Source of the DNA: Parcubacteria group bacterium
GTDB taxonomy: Bacteria > Patescibacteriota > Minisyncoccia > Moranbacterales > UBA2206
Length of the DNA: 62,006 nt
Assembly (NCBI GenBank): GCA_041674205.1
Contig: JBAYWF010000007.1
Coordinates: forward strand, 1-62,006
Reading direction: 5' to 3'
A model generated the notes under the pieces. The model did not search any database. It was given only the letters and a program-made list of their open reading frames with translations, and was not told the origin of the DNA. The position numbers were made by a program, and so were the translations under genes. Position 1 is the first letter of the stretch. Each line of letters starts with the position of its first letter. Below, piece by piece: positions 1 through 8,873 of this stretch.

Positions 1-1
1 C

Positions 2-652
2 AAATCCGCCGGCTCATCAACCTGGGTAGCTGAAGGCAGCTGTATCGTCACCAATGGCGCCTGCACCTTCACCACCACCCACGCCACCACCTACACAGTC
101 AACGGCGACGGTTCCCTCTCCGGCGAAACCAGCATCAACCAATCGCTGCCGATCGAAGCCACCATCGCCATCACTTGCACTGACGCGATCAACTTGAATC
201 CCATCATCGGTACCGGTATCTCCACGATCGACGCTACCAACGAAGCCACCTGCAACGTCAAGACTAACAACTCCAACGGCTACAAGCTGGAATGGAGCAC
301 CGCCAGCACCGATCTCACCAACGCCAACGCCGATACCATCTCCGGCTACATCCCGACAAATCCCAATACGCCCGAAACTTGGAACTTGGACCAAGCCACT
401 GCGGCTTGGGGCGCCCGCCTCAAATCCACTTCCGCCGACCCAGACACCGACACTTGGGGCTCAAGTGACGGCTACGCCGGCAAATGGCTCAACATCGACA
501 CTAGTGCCTACCAGATCGTTTCCCGTTCCACCGAAACCCTCCAGACCGGTTCAGATGAAATCCTTCAATTCGGTGCTGAGATCGGCTCTAACAAATTCCA
601 ACCAAGCGGCACCTATGCTACGAGCGTGGTGTTGACGGCGACGACGTTGTAG
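2..652 (+). CDS. secreted/surface protein, C-terminal fragment (gene begins upstream of window)
   Basis: Frame 2 is open from the window edge to the TAG at 650-652, so the Met at 194 in the ORF track is internal. Composition is Thr/Ser/Asn/Gly/Asp-rich and low-complexity. No family recognised. Confidence 0.5.
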   Translation, partial: KSAGSSTWVAEGSCIVTNGACTFTTTHATTYTVNGDGSLSGETSINQSLPIEATIAITCTDAINLNPIIGTGISTIDATNEATCNVKTNNSNGYKLEWSTASTDLTNANADTISGYIPTNPNTPETWNLDQATAAWGARLKSTSADPDTDTWGSSDGYAGKWLNIDTSAYQIVSRSTETLQTGSDEILQFGAEIGSNKFQPSGTYATSVVLTATTL

Positions 653-846
653 GGGGATGGGTTGAATTTTTATTTTGAAATAGAAGGCGCTGTTTTTTAA
701 AACGGCGTTTTTATTTGAAACGGAATAGGGCAGTAAGCATTCAAAACAGTCGGTTATTTCCAGTGTTTACTTTTCGAAGGCTAGACATTATACTATGGAT
801 AGGGCATTTTCCAGTCTGATAACTATAAATATTAAATAATAATCCG

Positions 847-1446
847 ATGTCTGAAGTTTTAGAAAGTCTTTTTGGTTCAAGGGAGAGGGCAAGTCTGCTT
901 AGGTTTTTTTTACAAAATCCGGATCAGGAATATACGTATGCTGAAATCGTGCGTCGGAATATGCTGAGGGGCAATGTCAAAGGAGAAGTGGAAAAGCTCA
1001 AAAAAATAAAATTTATTTCACGCCACGTCCATAAAGGGAAAATTTCCTATGTCTTGAACCAGGAATTCAGTTTTTATCCGGAATTGAAAAATCTTATTTC
1101 CAAATCGAACGTTTATCCTCAATGCAAAAGCCTGGCTAACGTGGGGAAAATCGGGAATATAAAATTGGCGGCTATCAGTGGCGTCTTCATTAATTATCAA
1201 AAAGGCAAAGCCGATATGATAATCGTCGGCGATGACATCCGGCGCGCCAAGCTGAAAAATCTGATGTCAAGTTTGGAAGCTGAAATAGGAAAAGAAATCG
1301 ATTTCGTACTGATGAGCGGGGAGGAATTCAAGTACCGTTTGAATATGTTGGATAAATTCATCCTGGAATTCCTGGAAGGACCGCATGAAGAACTGGTCAA
1401 TAAAATCCCGGGACTTAAACATTTTATCGCTAAAAGAAAAGCATAA
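847..1446 (+). CDS. hypothetical protein, winged-helix-like N-terminus (possible transcriptional regulator)
   Basis: 199-aa ORF with ATG start. Its stop overlaps the next start (TAATG). The N-terminal ~70 aa resemble a wHTH. No firm family call. Confidence 0.55.
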   Translation: MSEVLESLFGSRERASLLRFFLQNPDQEYTYAEIVRRNMLRGNVKGEVEKLKKIKFISRHVHKGKISYVLNQEFSFYPELKNLISKSNVYPQCKSLANVGKIGNIKLAAISGVFINYQKGKADMIIVGDDIRRAKLKNLMSSLEAEIGKEIDFVLMSGEEFKYRLNMLDKFILEFLEGPHEELVNKIPGLKHFIAKRKA

Positions 1447-2531
1447 TGACTTATATTTTTCCAATCATCGCCATATTGGCGTTCATAGTTTTCCTCGTAT
1501 GGTTTGTCGGTTTTCTTAGACAGACCCAGGGAAACCGGAGCAACGACACGGTGGCGATAGTCGAGCGTCTGAGGATGCTTTCTGAACAAAATGAGGATTT
1601 GCGCGATATGGTCGATCGGAAATTATCGGAAACCCATCGCACGACGCAAGCCCAAATCAATCAAACGATCCAAACCGTCCAGGGAATCAGCGGGCAATCG
1701 CATAAATTGATAACCGATGTGACGGAGAAATTGACCAAGTTGGACGAGACTAATAAACAAGTGGTCAATTTTTCGGCCCAGCTCCAAAATTTGCAGGATA
1801 TCTTGAAAAATCCGAAACAAAGAGGCGTTTTGGGTGAATATTTCCTGGAAGAAACATTGAAGAATGTTTTGCCGCCGAATTCCTACCAGATGCAACATGT
1901 TTTTTCCGACGGGGTGATCGTGGACGCGGTGGTTTTCGTCAAGGATAAAGTCGTGCCGGTCGATTCGAAGTTTTCCCTGGAGAATTACGAGCGCATTTTA
2001 GGCGCGATGGATATGAAAGAAAAAACCGAGTTGGAAAAAATATTCAAACAGGATTTGAAAAACAGGATCGATGAAACTTCGAAATATATAAAACCGGAAG
2101 AAGGAACGATGGATTTCGCTTTTATGTTCATTCCATCTGAGGCGATCTATTACGACTTGTTGATCAACAAGGTGGGTGCGGTCAAAGTCAATACGCGCGA
2201 CCTGGTGGAATATGCCTTTCGGGACAAGAAAGTCATCATCGTTTCCCCGACGTCCTTCCTGGCCTATCTGCAGACCGTCCTGCAAGGATTGCGCGCTTTC
2301 CAAATCGAAGAAAGCGCTAAGGAAATCCGGGTGAACGTGGAGAAACTCGGAAAGCATATCGTAGCATTCGAGGAATATATGAAAAAAGTGCAAGGAAGTC
2401 TCGGAACGACAGTTAATCATTTTAATACTGCTTATAAGGAGCTTGGAAAAATTGACAAGGATGTTTCCAGAATAACCGAGGTGGAAAAAAGCATTGAACC
2501 GATCATGCTAGACAAGCCAAGCGCAGAATAA
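1446..2531 (+). CDS. rmuC: DNA recombination protein RmuC
   Basis: N-terminal TM helix and a long coiled coil. C-terminal RmuC-like block (GVLGEYFLE, FAFMFIPSEAIYYD, IIVSPTSFLAYL). Confidence 0.85.
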   Translation: MTYIFPIIAILAFIVFLVWFVGFLRQTQGNRSNDTVAIVERLRMLSEQNEDLRDMVDRKLSETHRTTQAQINQTIQTVQGISGQSHKLITDVTEKLTKLDETNKQVVNFSAQLQNLQDILKNPKQRGVLGEYFLEETLKNVLPPNSYQMQHVFSDGVIVDAVVFVKDKVVPVDSKFSLENYERILGAMDMKEKTELEKIFKQDLKNRIDETSKYIKPEEGTMDFAFMFIPSEAIYYDLLINKVGAVKVNTRDLVEYAFRDKKVIIVSPTSFLAYLQTVLQGLRAFQIEESAKEIRVNVEKLGKHIVAFEEYMKKVQGSLGTTVNHFNTAYKELGKIDKDVSRITEVEKSIEPIMLDKPSAE

Positions 2532-2535
2532 TGCC

Positions 2536-2955
2536 GTGGGGAAAATAAAATTAAAACATATCGGATCTTGGATGGTCCAGGGTCCGCGAGCCGGAATCAA
2601 GTCTTTTTTTGCCCAGGAATATTTTAAAAGCCATATAGTTATCTGGCTTTTAATTTTAAGCTTGACGGCTAACCTTGCCAACTGGGTTATCTTGAAAATA
2701 TGGATCCAGCCAGTCGATTTTCCCATCATTTTGCATTATAACGTTTATTTCGGAGTCGATCTGGTAGGCGGCTATCGGCAGGTTTATATTTTGCCGCTGA
2801 TAGGATTCGCCCTGTTCCTGATCAATGTCGCCCTCTCAATTTATTTTTATGGACAAAAAGAGCGGATTGCCAGTTATATCTTGCTGATAGCCGTCCTAAT
2901 GATCCAGTTGAGTCTGGTTGTCGCGTCTGCCAGCGTCATCTTGATTAATTATTAA
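2536..2955 (+). CDS. small integral membrane protein
   Basis: 139-aa ORF with GTG start and about 4 hydrophobic helices. Tightly packed between rmuC and the GT4 gene. Confidence 0.55.
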   Translation: MGKIKLKHIGSWMVQGPRAGIKSFFAQEYFKSHIVIWLLILSLTANLANWVILKIWIQPVDFPIILHYNVYFGVDLVGGYRQVYILPLIGFALFLINVALSIYFYGQKERIASYILLIAVLMIQLSLVVASASVILINY

Positions 2956-2970
2956 CGCGTCGAAACAAGA

Positions 2971-3993
2971 ATGCTAAAGTACCTGATTCCATTCGTAACC
3001 GCTTTCATCATCACGGTATTGCTCGTGCTATTGCTCAAACCTATCGCAAAAAAAATCAATTGGGCCGAGCGCAATTCATTCCGGCATATCCACCAAGGCG
3101 ATGTTTTCCGGATCGGCGGCATAGCGATGGTGATCGCGTTCAATCTGGCCATCTGGTCCAATCAGGATCTTTTCATCACGACGCAATTATATGGGGTGAT
3201 GGCCGCTTCGCTGGTCATTTTAGCGGTAGGCGTTTGGGATGATTTGCGCGAGGTTTTTTGGAAAACCCAGCTTTTCTACCAGGTAGTCGTCGCGATCCTG
3301 GTGTTCATACTCGGTTTGCGGATATATAACGTCGCCAATCCGTTCACAGGAAGCGTCTTGAATTTTGACGCCGGATCTTTTGGCATCATTTTTTCCATCT
3401 TCCTGGTCGTGTTTTGGATCGTAGTGATGATAAATTCAATGAACTGGCTGGATGGTATTGACGGTCTTTCCGGGGGGATTTCTTTCATTTGCGCGATTAC
3501 GATATTCATCTTGAGTTTGCAGCCGGAAGTCAATCAGCCGCCGGTCGCCATATTGGCAGTGATCCTGTCGGGAGCGATTCTCGGATTCGTGTTTTTCAAT
3601 TTCCATCCGTCCCTTGTGCTTGCCGGAACATCCGGTTCGATGTTTATGGGATTCGCCTTGGCAGCATTGGCTATTTTTTCCGGGACCAAAATCGCGACCG
3701 CGATTTTGGTCCTATCTTTGCCGATCATTGATTTCGTCTGGGTGATAGGCGAGCGGATCCGCAATAAAAAATCGGTTTTTATGGCGGATAAGAACCATTT
3801 GCATCATAAATTATTGGAGCTGGGTTGGTCCCAGCGAAAAATCGCCCTGCATTTTTATGGCGTGACCGCCCTGATTGCGATCGTAGCCCTTAATACGCGC
3901 GCTATCGGCAAAAGCATAACTTTGGCGATCACATTCATCATCATAGCGTCCGCCATAGTTTTCATAAATAAGAAACTGGCCCATAAGGGATAG
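2971..3993 (+). CDS. glycosyltransferase family 4 polyprenyl-phosphate sugar-1-phosphate transferase (WecA/TagO/MraY superfamily)
   Basis: Polytopic membrane protein with the NSMNWLDGIDGLSGG and VWDD motifs typical of the family. Confidence 0.85.
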   Translation: MLKYLIPFVTAFIITVLLVLLLKPIAKKINWAERNSFRHIHQGDVFRIGGIAMVIAFNLAIWSNQDLFITTQLYGVMAASLVILAVGVWDDLREVFWKTQLFYQVVVAILVFILGLRIYNVANPFTGSVLNFDAGSFGIIFSIFLVVFWIVVMINSMNWLDGIDGLSGGISFICAITIFILSLQPEVNQPPVAILAVILSGAILGFVFFNFHPSLVLAGTSGSMFMGFALAALAIFSGTKIATAILVLSLPIIDFVWVIGERIRNKKSVFMADKNHLHHKLLELGWSQRKIALHFYGVTALIAIVALNTRAIGKSITLAITFIIIASAIVFINKKLAHKG

Positions 3994-3997
3994 ATAG

Positions 3998-4465
3998 ATG
4001 GAAAAAATAACGATATCATCCGGCATACTGATATTGGCAGCGGTATTGGCGATTTTTTGGATGCATCCTGGAAAAAACAAACCGGAATATCCCGCATCCG
4101 CCTTTGGCAATCCGGTAGTGGAAATGCGGATCGCAGACAATGATTTTAGGGCCGAGGTGGTGTCGGATGAAGAGAAGAGAGAACTGGGTTTGTCCGGGCG
4201 CGAAGAAATGTGCCGGAGCTGCGCGATGCTGTTCGTTTTTCCCAAGCCGGCCCGGTATTCTTTTTGGATGAAGGGTATGCGATTCGATCTCGACATAGTT
4301 TGGATATCCGGTGCGTCGGTAGCAGCTATTGAAAAAAACGTGCCTTTCGCGGAAGGGGAGCGCAAAACGATAAGTCCGGATGTGCCGATTGACAAAGTTT
4401 TGGAAGTCAACGCCGGAGTGAGCGACGAAATCGGTTTGAAAATCGGCGACGAAATCCATTTTTAA
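3998..4465 (+). CDS. DUF192 domain protein
   Basis: N-terminal signal/anchor. FWMKGMRFDLDIVWI and VLEVNAG blocks are typical of DUF192. Confidence 0.7.
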   Translation: MEKITISSGILILAAVLAIFWMHPGKNKPEYPASAFGNPVVEMRIADNDFRAEVVSDEEKRELGLSGREEMCRSCAMLFVFPKPARYSFWMKGMRFDLDIVWISGASVAAIEKNVPFAEGERKTISPDVPIDKVLEVNAGVSDEIGLKIGDEIHF

Positions 4466-4484
4466 GGCGGTTGCCTTCCAAAAC

Positions 4485-4516
4485 GCAAAACCCCCGGAAT
4501 TAATCGGGGGTTTTGC
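4485..4516. terminator. bidirectional intrinsic terminator
   Basis: GCAAAACCCCC-loop-GGGGGTTTTGC hairpin flanked by A-run and T-run, between convergent genes. Confidence 0.6.
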
Positions 4517-4587
4517 TATCAGAAAGTAATATTATACTTGGCTGGATAAAGGAACGGTAGGATTTTTTAATCTATCCCTTGAAAAAA

Positions 4588-5172
4588 TTATGACAGTGAC
4601 GGAACCCGAACGGCATATTTGTGCAGGTTCTGAAGCTGTTTCTCATTCAAGTTCTTTGATTTTTCAATCGCATCCTGGATCAGGCTCTTGGAAAATTCCA
4701 CTGAAGTTCCGACATAGATGCCTCCTTTATGGGAAACATTTTTTCTCAGATAGTCTTCAATGTAAATCTTATGTTCAGGTGTCAGGGCTGAGTCAGGATT
4801 TTTTTCCAGATGGTTCGCAAGCGCCCTGCGGGCCAAGACGGTCAAGCTGTCTCCTCTACCAGCGGTTTCAACGAAAGTGTTTTCCGTTTCCTGGCTGGAT
4901 GCGGCAGGCGCAGTCTTTTTTTCCGTCGTAGCGTTTTCAGTCGCACTGTCGATAGAGGTCGTCGTGTCTTCTTGTGTCATTTCTTCGGCGGTTTCTTGCC
5001 TGTCGGTTGTCGGCGCTTCGGTTCTTTTCGAATAAGAATAGATTCCGCCAGCTATAGCGACTACGATCAGGATGCTGATGATGACGCGCAAGTTGTCTTG
5101 TAACCATTGCCCGGTCGTTTCTTGGTTCGTTTCATCTTCGGTTTTGATTTCATCCTCCATATGTTTTGTCAC
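4588..5172 (-). CDS. hypothetical membrane-anchored protein
   Basis: 194-aa ORF. Acidic N-terminus, one TM helix (VIISILIVVAIAGGIY), a Thr/Glu-rich linker and a conserved-looking C-terminal domain. RBS-like GGAAGGTG lies upstream. Confidence 0.6.
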   Translation of the reverse strand: MTKHMEDEIKTEDETNQETTGQWLQDNLRVIISILIVVAIAGGIYSYSKRTEAPTTDRQETAEEMTQEDTTTSIDSATENATTEKKTAPAASSQETENTFVETAGRGDSLTVLARRALANHLEKNPDSALTPEHKIYIEDYLRKNVSHKGGIYVGTSVEFSKSLIQDAIEKSKNLNEKQLQNLHKYAVRVPSLS

Positions 5173-5283
5173 CTTCCTTTCTATTTTTAATTATTAAGGG
5201 GCTTGCGTTGAAGCTTGTCCGCCTAAGGCGGGCGTTTTACTCCATAAGTTGGAGCATTCCGACCAAATCCTAGTCTGTCTTTA

Positions 5284-5311
5284 AATTCTAGCAAAGCTGG
5301 CGGGGGCGTCA
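5284..5311 (-). promoter_or_regulatory. sigma70-like promoter (TTGACG-16-TAGAAT) for the 4588-5172 gene
   Basis: The reverse complement reads TTGACGcccccgccagctttgcTAGAAT. This implies a ~110-nt 5' UTR. Confidence 0.4.
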
Positions 5312-5644
5312 ACTAGACAAAGGATGTCATTTAGGGCTTAATATCGAGGATAACGGAAACCTTTTGCGTTTAGGATGATCCGAATAAGTCCGGCTGGAAA
5401 ATATGTAATAGAATATATTTTTCCAATCGGCGCTTTCAAAATAATTCCAGACAATAATATTTTTTTAATTTAATTTTAAATTATTTCCAGCGGAATGTTT
5501 TCTTATCCGGCGAATCGATAACAAATTTTAATTTATATCCAGGATTTTTTCGGATATCGCAAGAAATATTTTCCGCGTGATTTTGTAATATGGTTATAGT
5601 CGGTTTATTTTTGTAAAAATTTATCTGTGGATAACTTTTTGCTA

Positions 5645-5672
5645 TTGCAAAATAAATTATATGTTCTATAAT
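5645..5672 (+). promoter_or_regulatory. sigma70-like promoter (TTGCAA-16-TATAAT)
   Basis: Near-consensus hexamers about 135 nt upstream of the lysine-rich ORF. Confidence 0.4.
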
Positions 5673-5806
5673 TTATTCAGCTGGTAAATATTTTTTTTAA
5701 AAAAATATTTTATGCGAAAAGGTCGAAACAAAAATAAATTAAAATATCAGCGCGAGGCTGATCCCGCTAAGCGGGAAAATTAAAATAGAAAGGAAGGTGA
5801 AACAAA

Positions 5807-5950
5807 ATGGCAGCCAAGAAAAAAGCAGTAAAAAAGGCAGTAAAGAAGACTGTGAAAAAAGCAGTAAAGAAGACTGTGAAAAAAGCAGTAAAAAAGGCAG
5901 TAAAAAAAGCAGCTCCAAAGAAGAAGGTAGCAGCTAAGAAAAAGAAATAG
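5807..5950 (+). CDS. 47-aa lysine/alanine-rich basic protein (histone H1-like, probable nucleoid/DNA-binding protein)
   Basis: ATG preceded by GAAAGGAAGGTG. Translation is MAAKKKAVKKAVKKTVKKAVKKTVKKAVKKAVKKAAPKKKVAAKKKK. An intrinsic terminator follows. Too short for the ORF track, whose antisense ORF 5767-6021 is an artefact of this gene. Confidence 0.55.
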   Translation: MAAKKKAVKKAVKKTVKKAVKKTVKKAVKKAVKKAAPKKKVAAKKKK

Positions 5951-6032
5951 TCTTTTTCCGTATAACTTGCCAACTTTTGAATAAATCTGTAAATAAATTC
6001 ATTTAGGGATTTATAAGACAAGGTTGCATATC

Positions 6033-6058
6033 AAAAACCCGCTAACATGCGGGTTTTT
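6033..6058. terminator. bidirectional intrinsic terminator
   Basis: AAAAACCCGC-taacat-GCGGGTTTTT between the lysine-rich ORF (+) and prmC (-). Confidence 0.6.
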
Positions 6059-6070
6059 GATATGTGAAAA

Positions 6071-6976
6071 TCAAAGCGTTATCCGGCATACGCGCCATTT
6101 CCGAGCCAAGTCTTTCAGGAATTCGACGCGGGCTCCAGGCAGGTATTTTTTCAGCAGTTTCGGAAGTTTGGTTTTTTGTTCCGGACTGATTTCCAGAAAA
6201 ATTTCAATCCGCGATCCTTGATCTGCGATTATTTTTTCCAGCTGCTTGAATAATCCTTCATAATGCGCCAGTCCTTCACTTGGACTGTAGAGCGCCGATT
6301 TCGGTTCGTACTTTTTTACGTTCGGCGGAGCGGCGGCATAGATCTCCCGCGAGAGATAGGGAAGGTTGGCGATGATGATGACGGAACGCGGAACGCGGAA
6401 CGCGGAACGTATTTTGATCAGCGGCTCGAGCAAATTTCCGCGCATGAATTTTATTTTTTCCAAAACGCCATTGGATTTGGCATTGCTTCGGGCTATCGAC
6501 AGGGCTTCTTTGGAAATGTCGATGCCGTATAAATTTAAATTCGGAAGTTTGAATTCCGAACCGCTTAAATTTCTTGCGAGGGAAACGATTATATTGCCTG
6601 AACCGGTGCCGATATCGCATACCGTATGGAGCGTCCCGTCTGGAAATCCGGATGTGCGCGTCTCGCGTTCCAATTTTTGCGTTACGAGTTCTACGAGTAA
6701 TTCGGTTTCGGGACGAGGGATGAGGGTGGCAGGCGTGACTTTGAAATCAAAACCGTAGAATTCTTTGTGGCCCAAAATATAGGCCAAGGGCTCGTGTTTG
6801 GCGCGTCTGGCGACGAATGACCGGATCGCAGCCGATTGGGCTTGCAGGAGCTCGTGTTCCGGATGCGACGCGACGAATTCCCGTGATTTTCCGATCGTAT
6901 GCGCGATAATCAATTCCAAATCAAGATAGTCGATTTTTTTAAAATATTTTTTCCGGATGCCGATGATGGTTTGCAT
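6071..6976 (-). CDS. prmC: peptide chain release factor N5-glutamine methyltransferase
   Basis: HemK/PrmC layout with the SAM motif DIGTGSGNI and the substrate motif IANLPY (an NPPY variant). Confidence 0.85.
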   Translation of the reverse strand: MQTIIGIRKKYFKKIDYLDLELIIAHTIGKSREFVASHPEHELLQAQSAAIRSFVARRAKHEPLAYILGHKEFYGFDFKVTPATLIPRPETELLVELVTQKLERETRTSGFPDGTLHTVCDIGTGSGNIIVSLARNLSGSEFKLPNLNLYGIDISKEALSIARSNAKSNGVLEKIKFMRGNLLEPLIKIRSAFRVPRSVIIIANLPYLSREIYAAAPPNVKKYEPKSALYSPSEGLAHYEGLFKQLEKIIADQGSRIEIFLEISPEQKTKLPKLLKKYLPGARVEFLKDLARKWRVCRITL

Positions 6977-7087
6977 AAAATTTGAATGTTCGTAATTTAA
7001 GGATAAAATAAATTTAGCACAAGCCTAGCTGATGTACAATTGGAATCCATACGACCATCCAGGACTCCATTGCCTGAAACTTTTCAA

Positions 7088-7287
7088 AAAAAATAAAAAA
7101 TCCATCGGCTTATAAAAAGAATACTATCTTTTTAGCGATGGATTTTCGTCGGGTTGTCACTGGAGGAGCCTCTTCCTTGATAGGAAGGAACGTGCATGCC
7201 CCTTATGGTCTATGGAACTGCCGAGGCCTTCCTTAACATGCCCTCCGGAGCGGAATCACGCCGGCATAGCGTGAAACCTCATCCCAA
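7088..7287 (-). ncRNA. unclassified ~200-nt structured RNA (or transcribed leader upstream of prmC)
   Basis: Bounded by a consensus promoter and a strong intrinsic terminator (ATCCATCG...CGATGGAT plus a long T-run on the minus strand). Contains several GC-rich stems and no credible ORF. Confidence 0.35.
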
Positions 7288-7293
7288 CATAGG

Positions 7294-7322
7294 AGTATAG
7301 CACATCCTTGACTTTTTGTCAA
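7294..7322 (-). promoter_or_regulatory. consensus sigma70 promoter (TTGACA-17-TATACT)
   Basis: The reverse complement reads TTGACAaaaagtcaaggatgtgcTATACT. Confidence 0.5.
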
Positions 7323-7393
7323 TGACCAGTGCCTATGTTGCTTTTAAAAGGCTCAAATAAGGCTTTTTATGGATTACAAGTGCGATTCGTAAT

Positions 7394-8476
7394 ATGGAAT
7401 GGGTTGTGATACAATCCGGATATGGAACACCTTTTGATTTAGCGGGAATGGGCAATGAAATCGTGGAAAAATATTTCAAGCACGCCAACTTCGCGGATGA
7501 GGAAAAGAGGGCGCTTGCGGAAATAATCGCCAAGACGGACTTCCGGCCGGAGAAGGAGATTTTTCGTGGCCGGATATATGATGATGACAAAGTGGCCAGC
7601 CTGGTTTATAAAGGTGTTTGGCGGGACAGGCCGGCGGTGTTGAAAATCCAAGGGCTTCAGCCAGAGATCGATGAGATCGAGATGATCGGCGCATTCAACG
7701 GACAGAATGGAAGCGCCGTGATCAGACTGCCGGAATTTTACGGCGGTTCGAAGTGGGATGGTCGATCCGGCTATGGCTATCTGCTTTTGGGATATATCGA
7801 TGCGTCTCGGATCTATCAACCGCCTTTAGCCGACCGGGAGCGTATGGATGATTTTTGCTCCTTCTATCAAGAATATAAAACCGGATGCTTGCGCAAGCCA
7901 TTCTTTCCGAAAGAGCCGAATGAACAAAGCAGTTTGGTTTTTACCGCGCAACGCGTTGCGCATTGGGCGAGAATCGCGCAATCCAAGGGGCATCTGACCG
8001 GAGCCGGGGTGAAAAATGTAGAAAGGTTCCTTTCCCTGGCTGGGCGCCATTTGCCTTCGATCGGAATGGAATTTATGCATGGGCATCTTACCAGTGAGGA
8101 TATTTTCAAACTCCCTGATAATGGGTATGTCCTGATGTCAAACCTGTTCTGGTCCTATCGGCCGGAATATTATGATACTACTTTCCATCTCTGGTACGGC
8201 TTGAAGAGCTTGCGCGATCAAAAAATGACTGTCGTACGGATCAAAAGATATTTGCAAGATTGGCTGGAGGCGTATAAAAAAATCCCCGTCATTATGCAAG
8301 ACGCGGATTTCGAAAGGAAATTCGATATGGCGATGGCGGAACGCTGCCTCGGCGCTCTCCTGGTCGACATCCGGAATCAGCATTATGCCGAGGGCCGTGA
8401 AAGATATATCGGGCATCTGACGGGAATATTCCAAGAACTATTCGGATATTTCGCGGACAAATTGGAAAAAATGTAA
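7394..8476 (+). CDS. aminoglycoside/choline-kinase-like phosphotransferase fold protein (possibly non-canonical catalytic loop)
   Basis: 360-aa ORF. The FMHGHLTSEDIF...LMSNLFWSYRPEYYD region resembles the HGDLxxxN...D loop of the APH/ChoK family, with substitutions. Confidence 0.5.
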   Translation: MEWVVIQSGYGTPFDLAGMGNEIVEKYFKHANFADEEKRALAEIIAKTDFRPEKEIFRGRIYDDDKVASLVYKGVWRDRPAVLKIQGLQPEIDEIEMIGAFNGQNGSAVIRLPEFYGGSKWDGRSGYGYLLLGYIDASRIYQPPLADRERMDDFCSFYQEYKTGCLRKPFFPKEPNEQSSLVFTAQRVAHWARIAQSKGHLTGAGVKNVERFLSLAGRHLPSIGMEFMHGHLTSEDIFKLPDNGYVLMSNLFWSYRPEYYDTTFHLWYGLKSLRDQKMTVVRIKRYLQDWLEAYKKIPVIMQDADFERKFDMAMAERCLGALLVDIRNQHYAEGRERYIGHLTGIFQELFGYFADKLEKM

Positions 8477-8538
8477 ACCAGACGGGGGTTTGGCGGATTT
8501 GTGTGGTATAATCAATATAATATAAATCGCGGCTTCAG

Positions 8539-8823
8539 ATGCGCCAGTGGCCATCCGGAATCGCGCGTATAAAAAATATGGATAAAATGGAAAGGTTTAA
8601 TAATTTTGATAGGGGGAATGAAGAAGCGACGGATATGGAGATAGTTATGAATTTGATCGGGCATATCAATAACCCGTATATAGTGGACGAACAAGGGAAT
8701 AGCGCAAGGGAGGTATATATCGAAGAGGCTAGGAATATTTTAGACAAACTTACGAATCCGGAGGCTAGAAAGATGCTTGAGGATGCCATAAAGGAGCATT
8801 CGCCGGAGGACGTGGAAAAATAA
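8539..8823 (+). CDS. hypothetical small acidic protein
   Basis: 94-aa ORF followed by a terminator. Start is uncertain (alternative ATG at 8578). Confidence 0.4.
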   Translation: MRQWPSGIARIKNMDKMERFNNFDRGNEEATDMEIVMNLIGHINNPYIVDEQGNSAREVYIEEARNILDKLTNPEARKMLEDAIKEHSPEDVEK

Positions 8824-8836
8824 GAAGCTGAAAACA

Positions 8837-8864
8837 AAAAGCTCCGGCTAGTCGGAGCTTTTTG
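8837..8864. terminator. bidirectional intrinsic terminator
   Basis: AAAAGCTCCG-gctagt-CGGAGCTTTT between convergent genes. Confidence 0.6.
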
Positions 8865-8873
8865 TATCGAAAG

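Noticed and set aside
5619-5640. Perfect DnaA box (TGTGGATAA = TTATCCACA on the minus strand) inside the 630-bp AT-rich intergenic region 5173-5806, suggesting oriC
   Set aside because: There is only one perfect box. The other candidates match 6/9 or worse, and no dnaA/dnaN is nearby. A single 9-mer is expected by chance about once in a window of this size. The AT-richness is explained by two divergent promoters.
5767-6021. 84-aa minus-strand ORF with FFTAFFTV repeats
   Set aside because: It is the antisense shadow of the lysine-rich plus-strand ORF (AAG/AAA codons read as CTT/TTT). It has no RBS and an implausible composition.
7088-7287. Assigning the structured RNA to SRP RNA, RNase P RNA, tmRNA, 6S RNA or a T-box
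   Set aside because: I could not find the SRP domain IV consensus (GGAAGCAGC with GNAR loop), the RNase P P4 motif (GAGGAAAGTCC), a tRNA-like end with a tag ORF, or the T-box sequence. 6S RNA cannot be judged by eye. The RNA is left unclassified.
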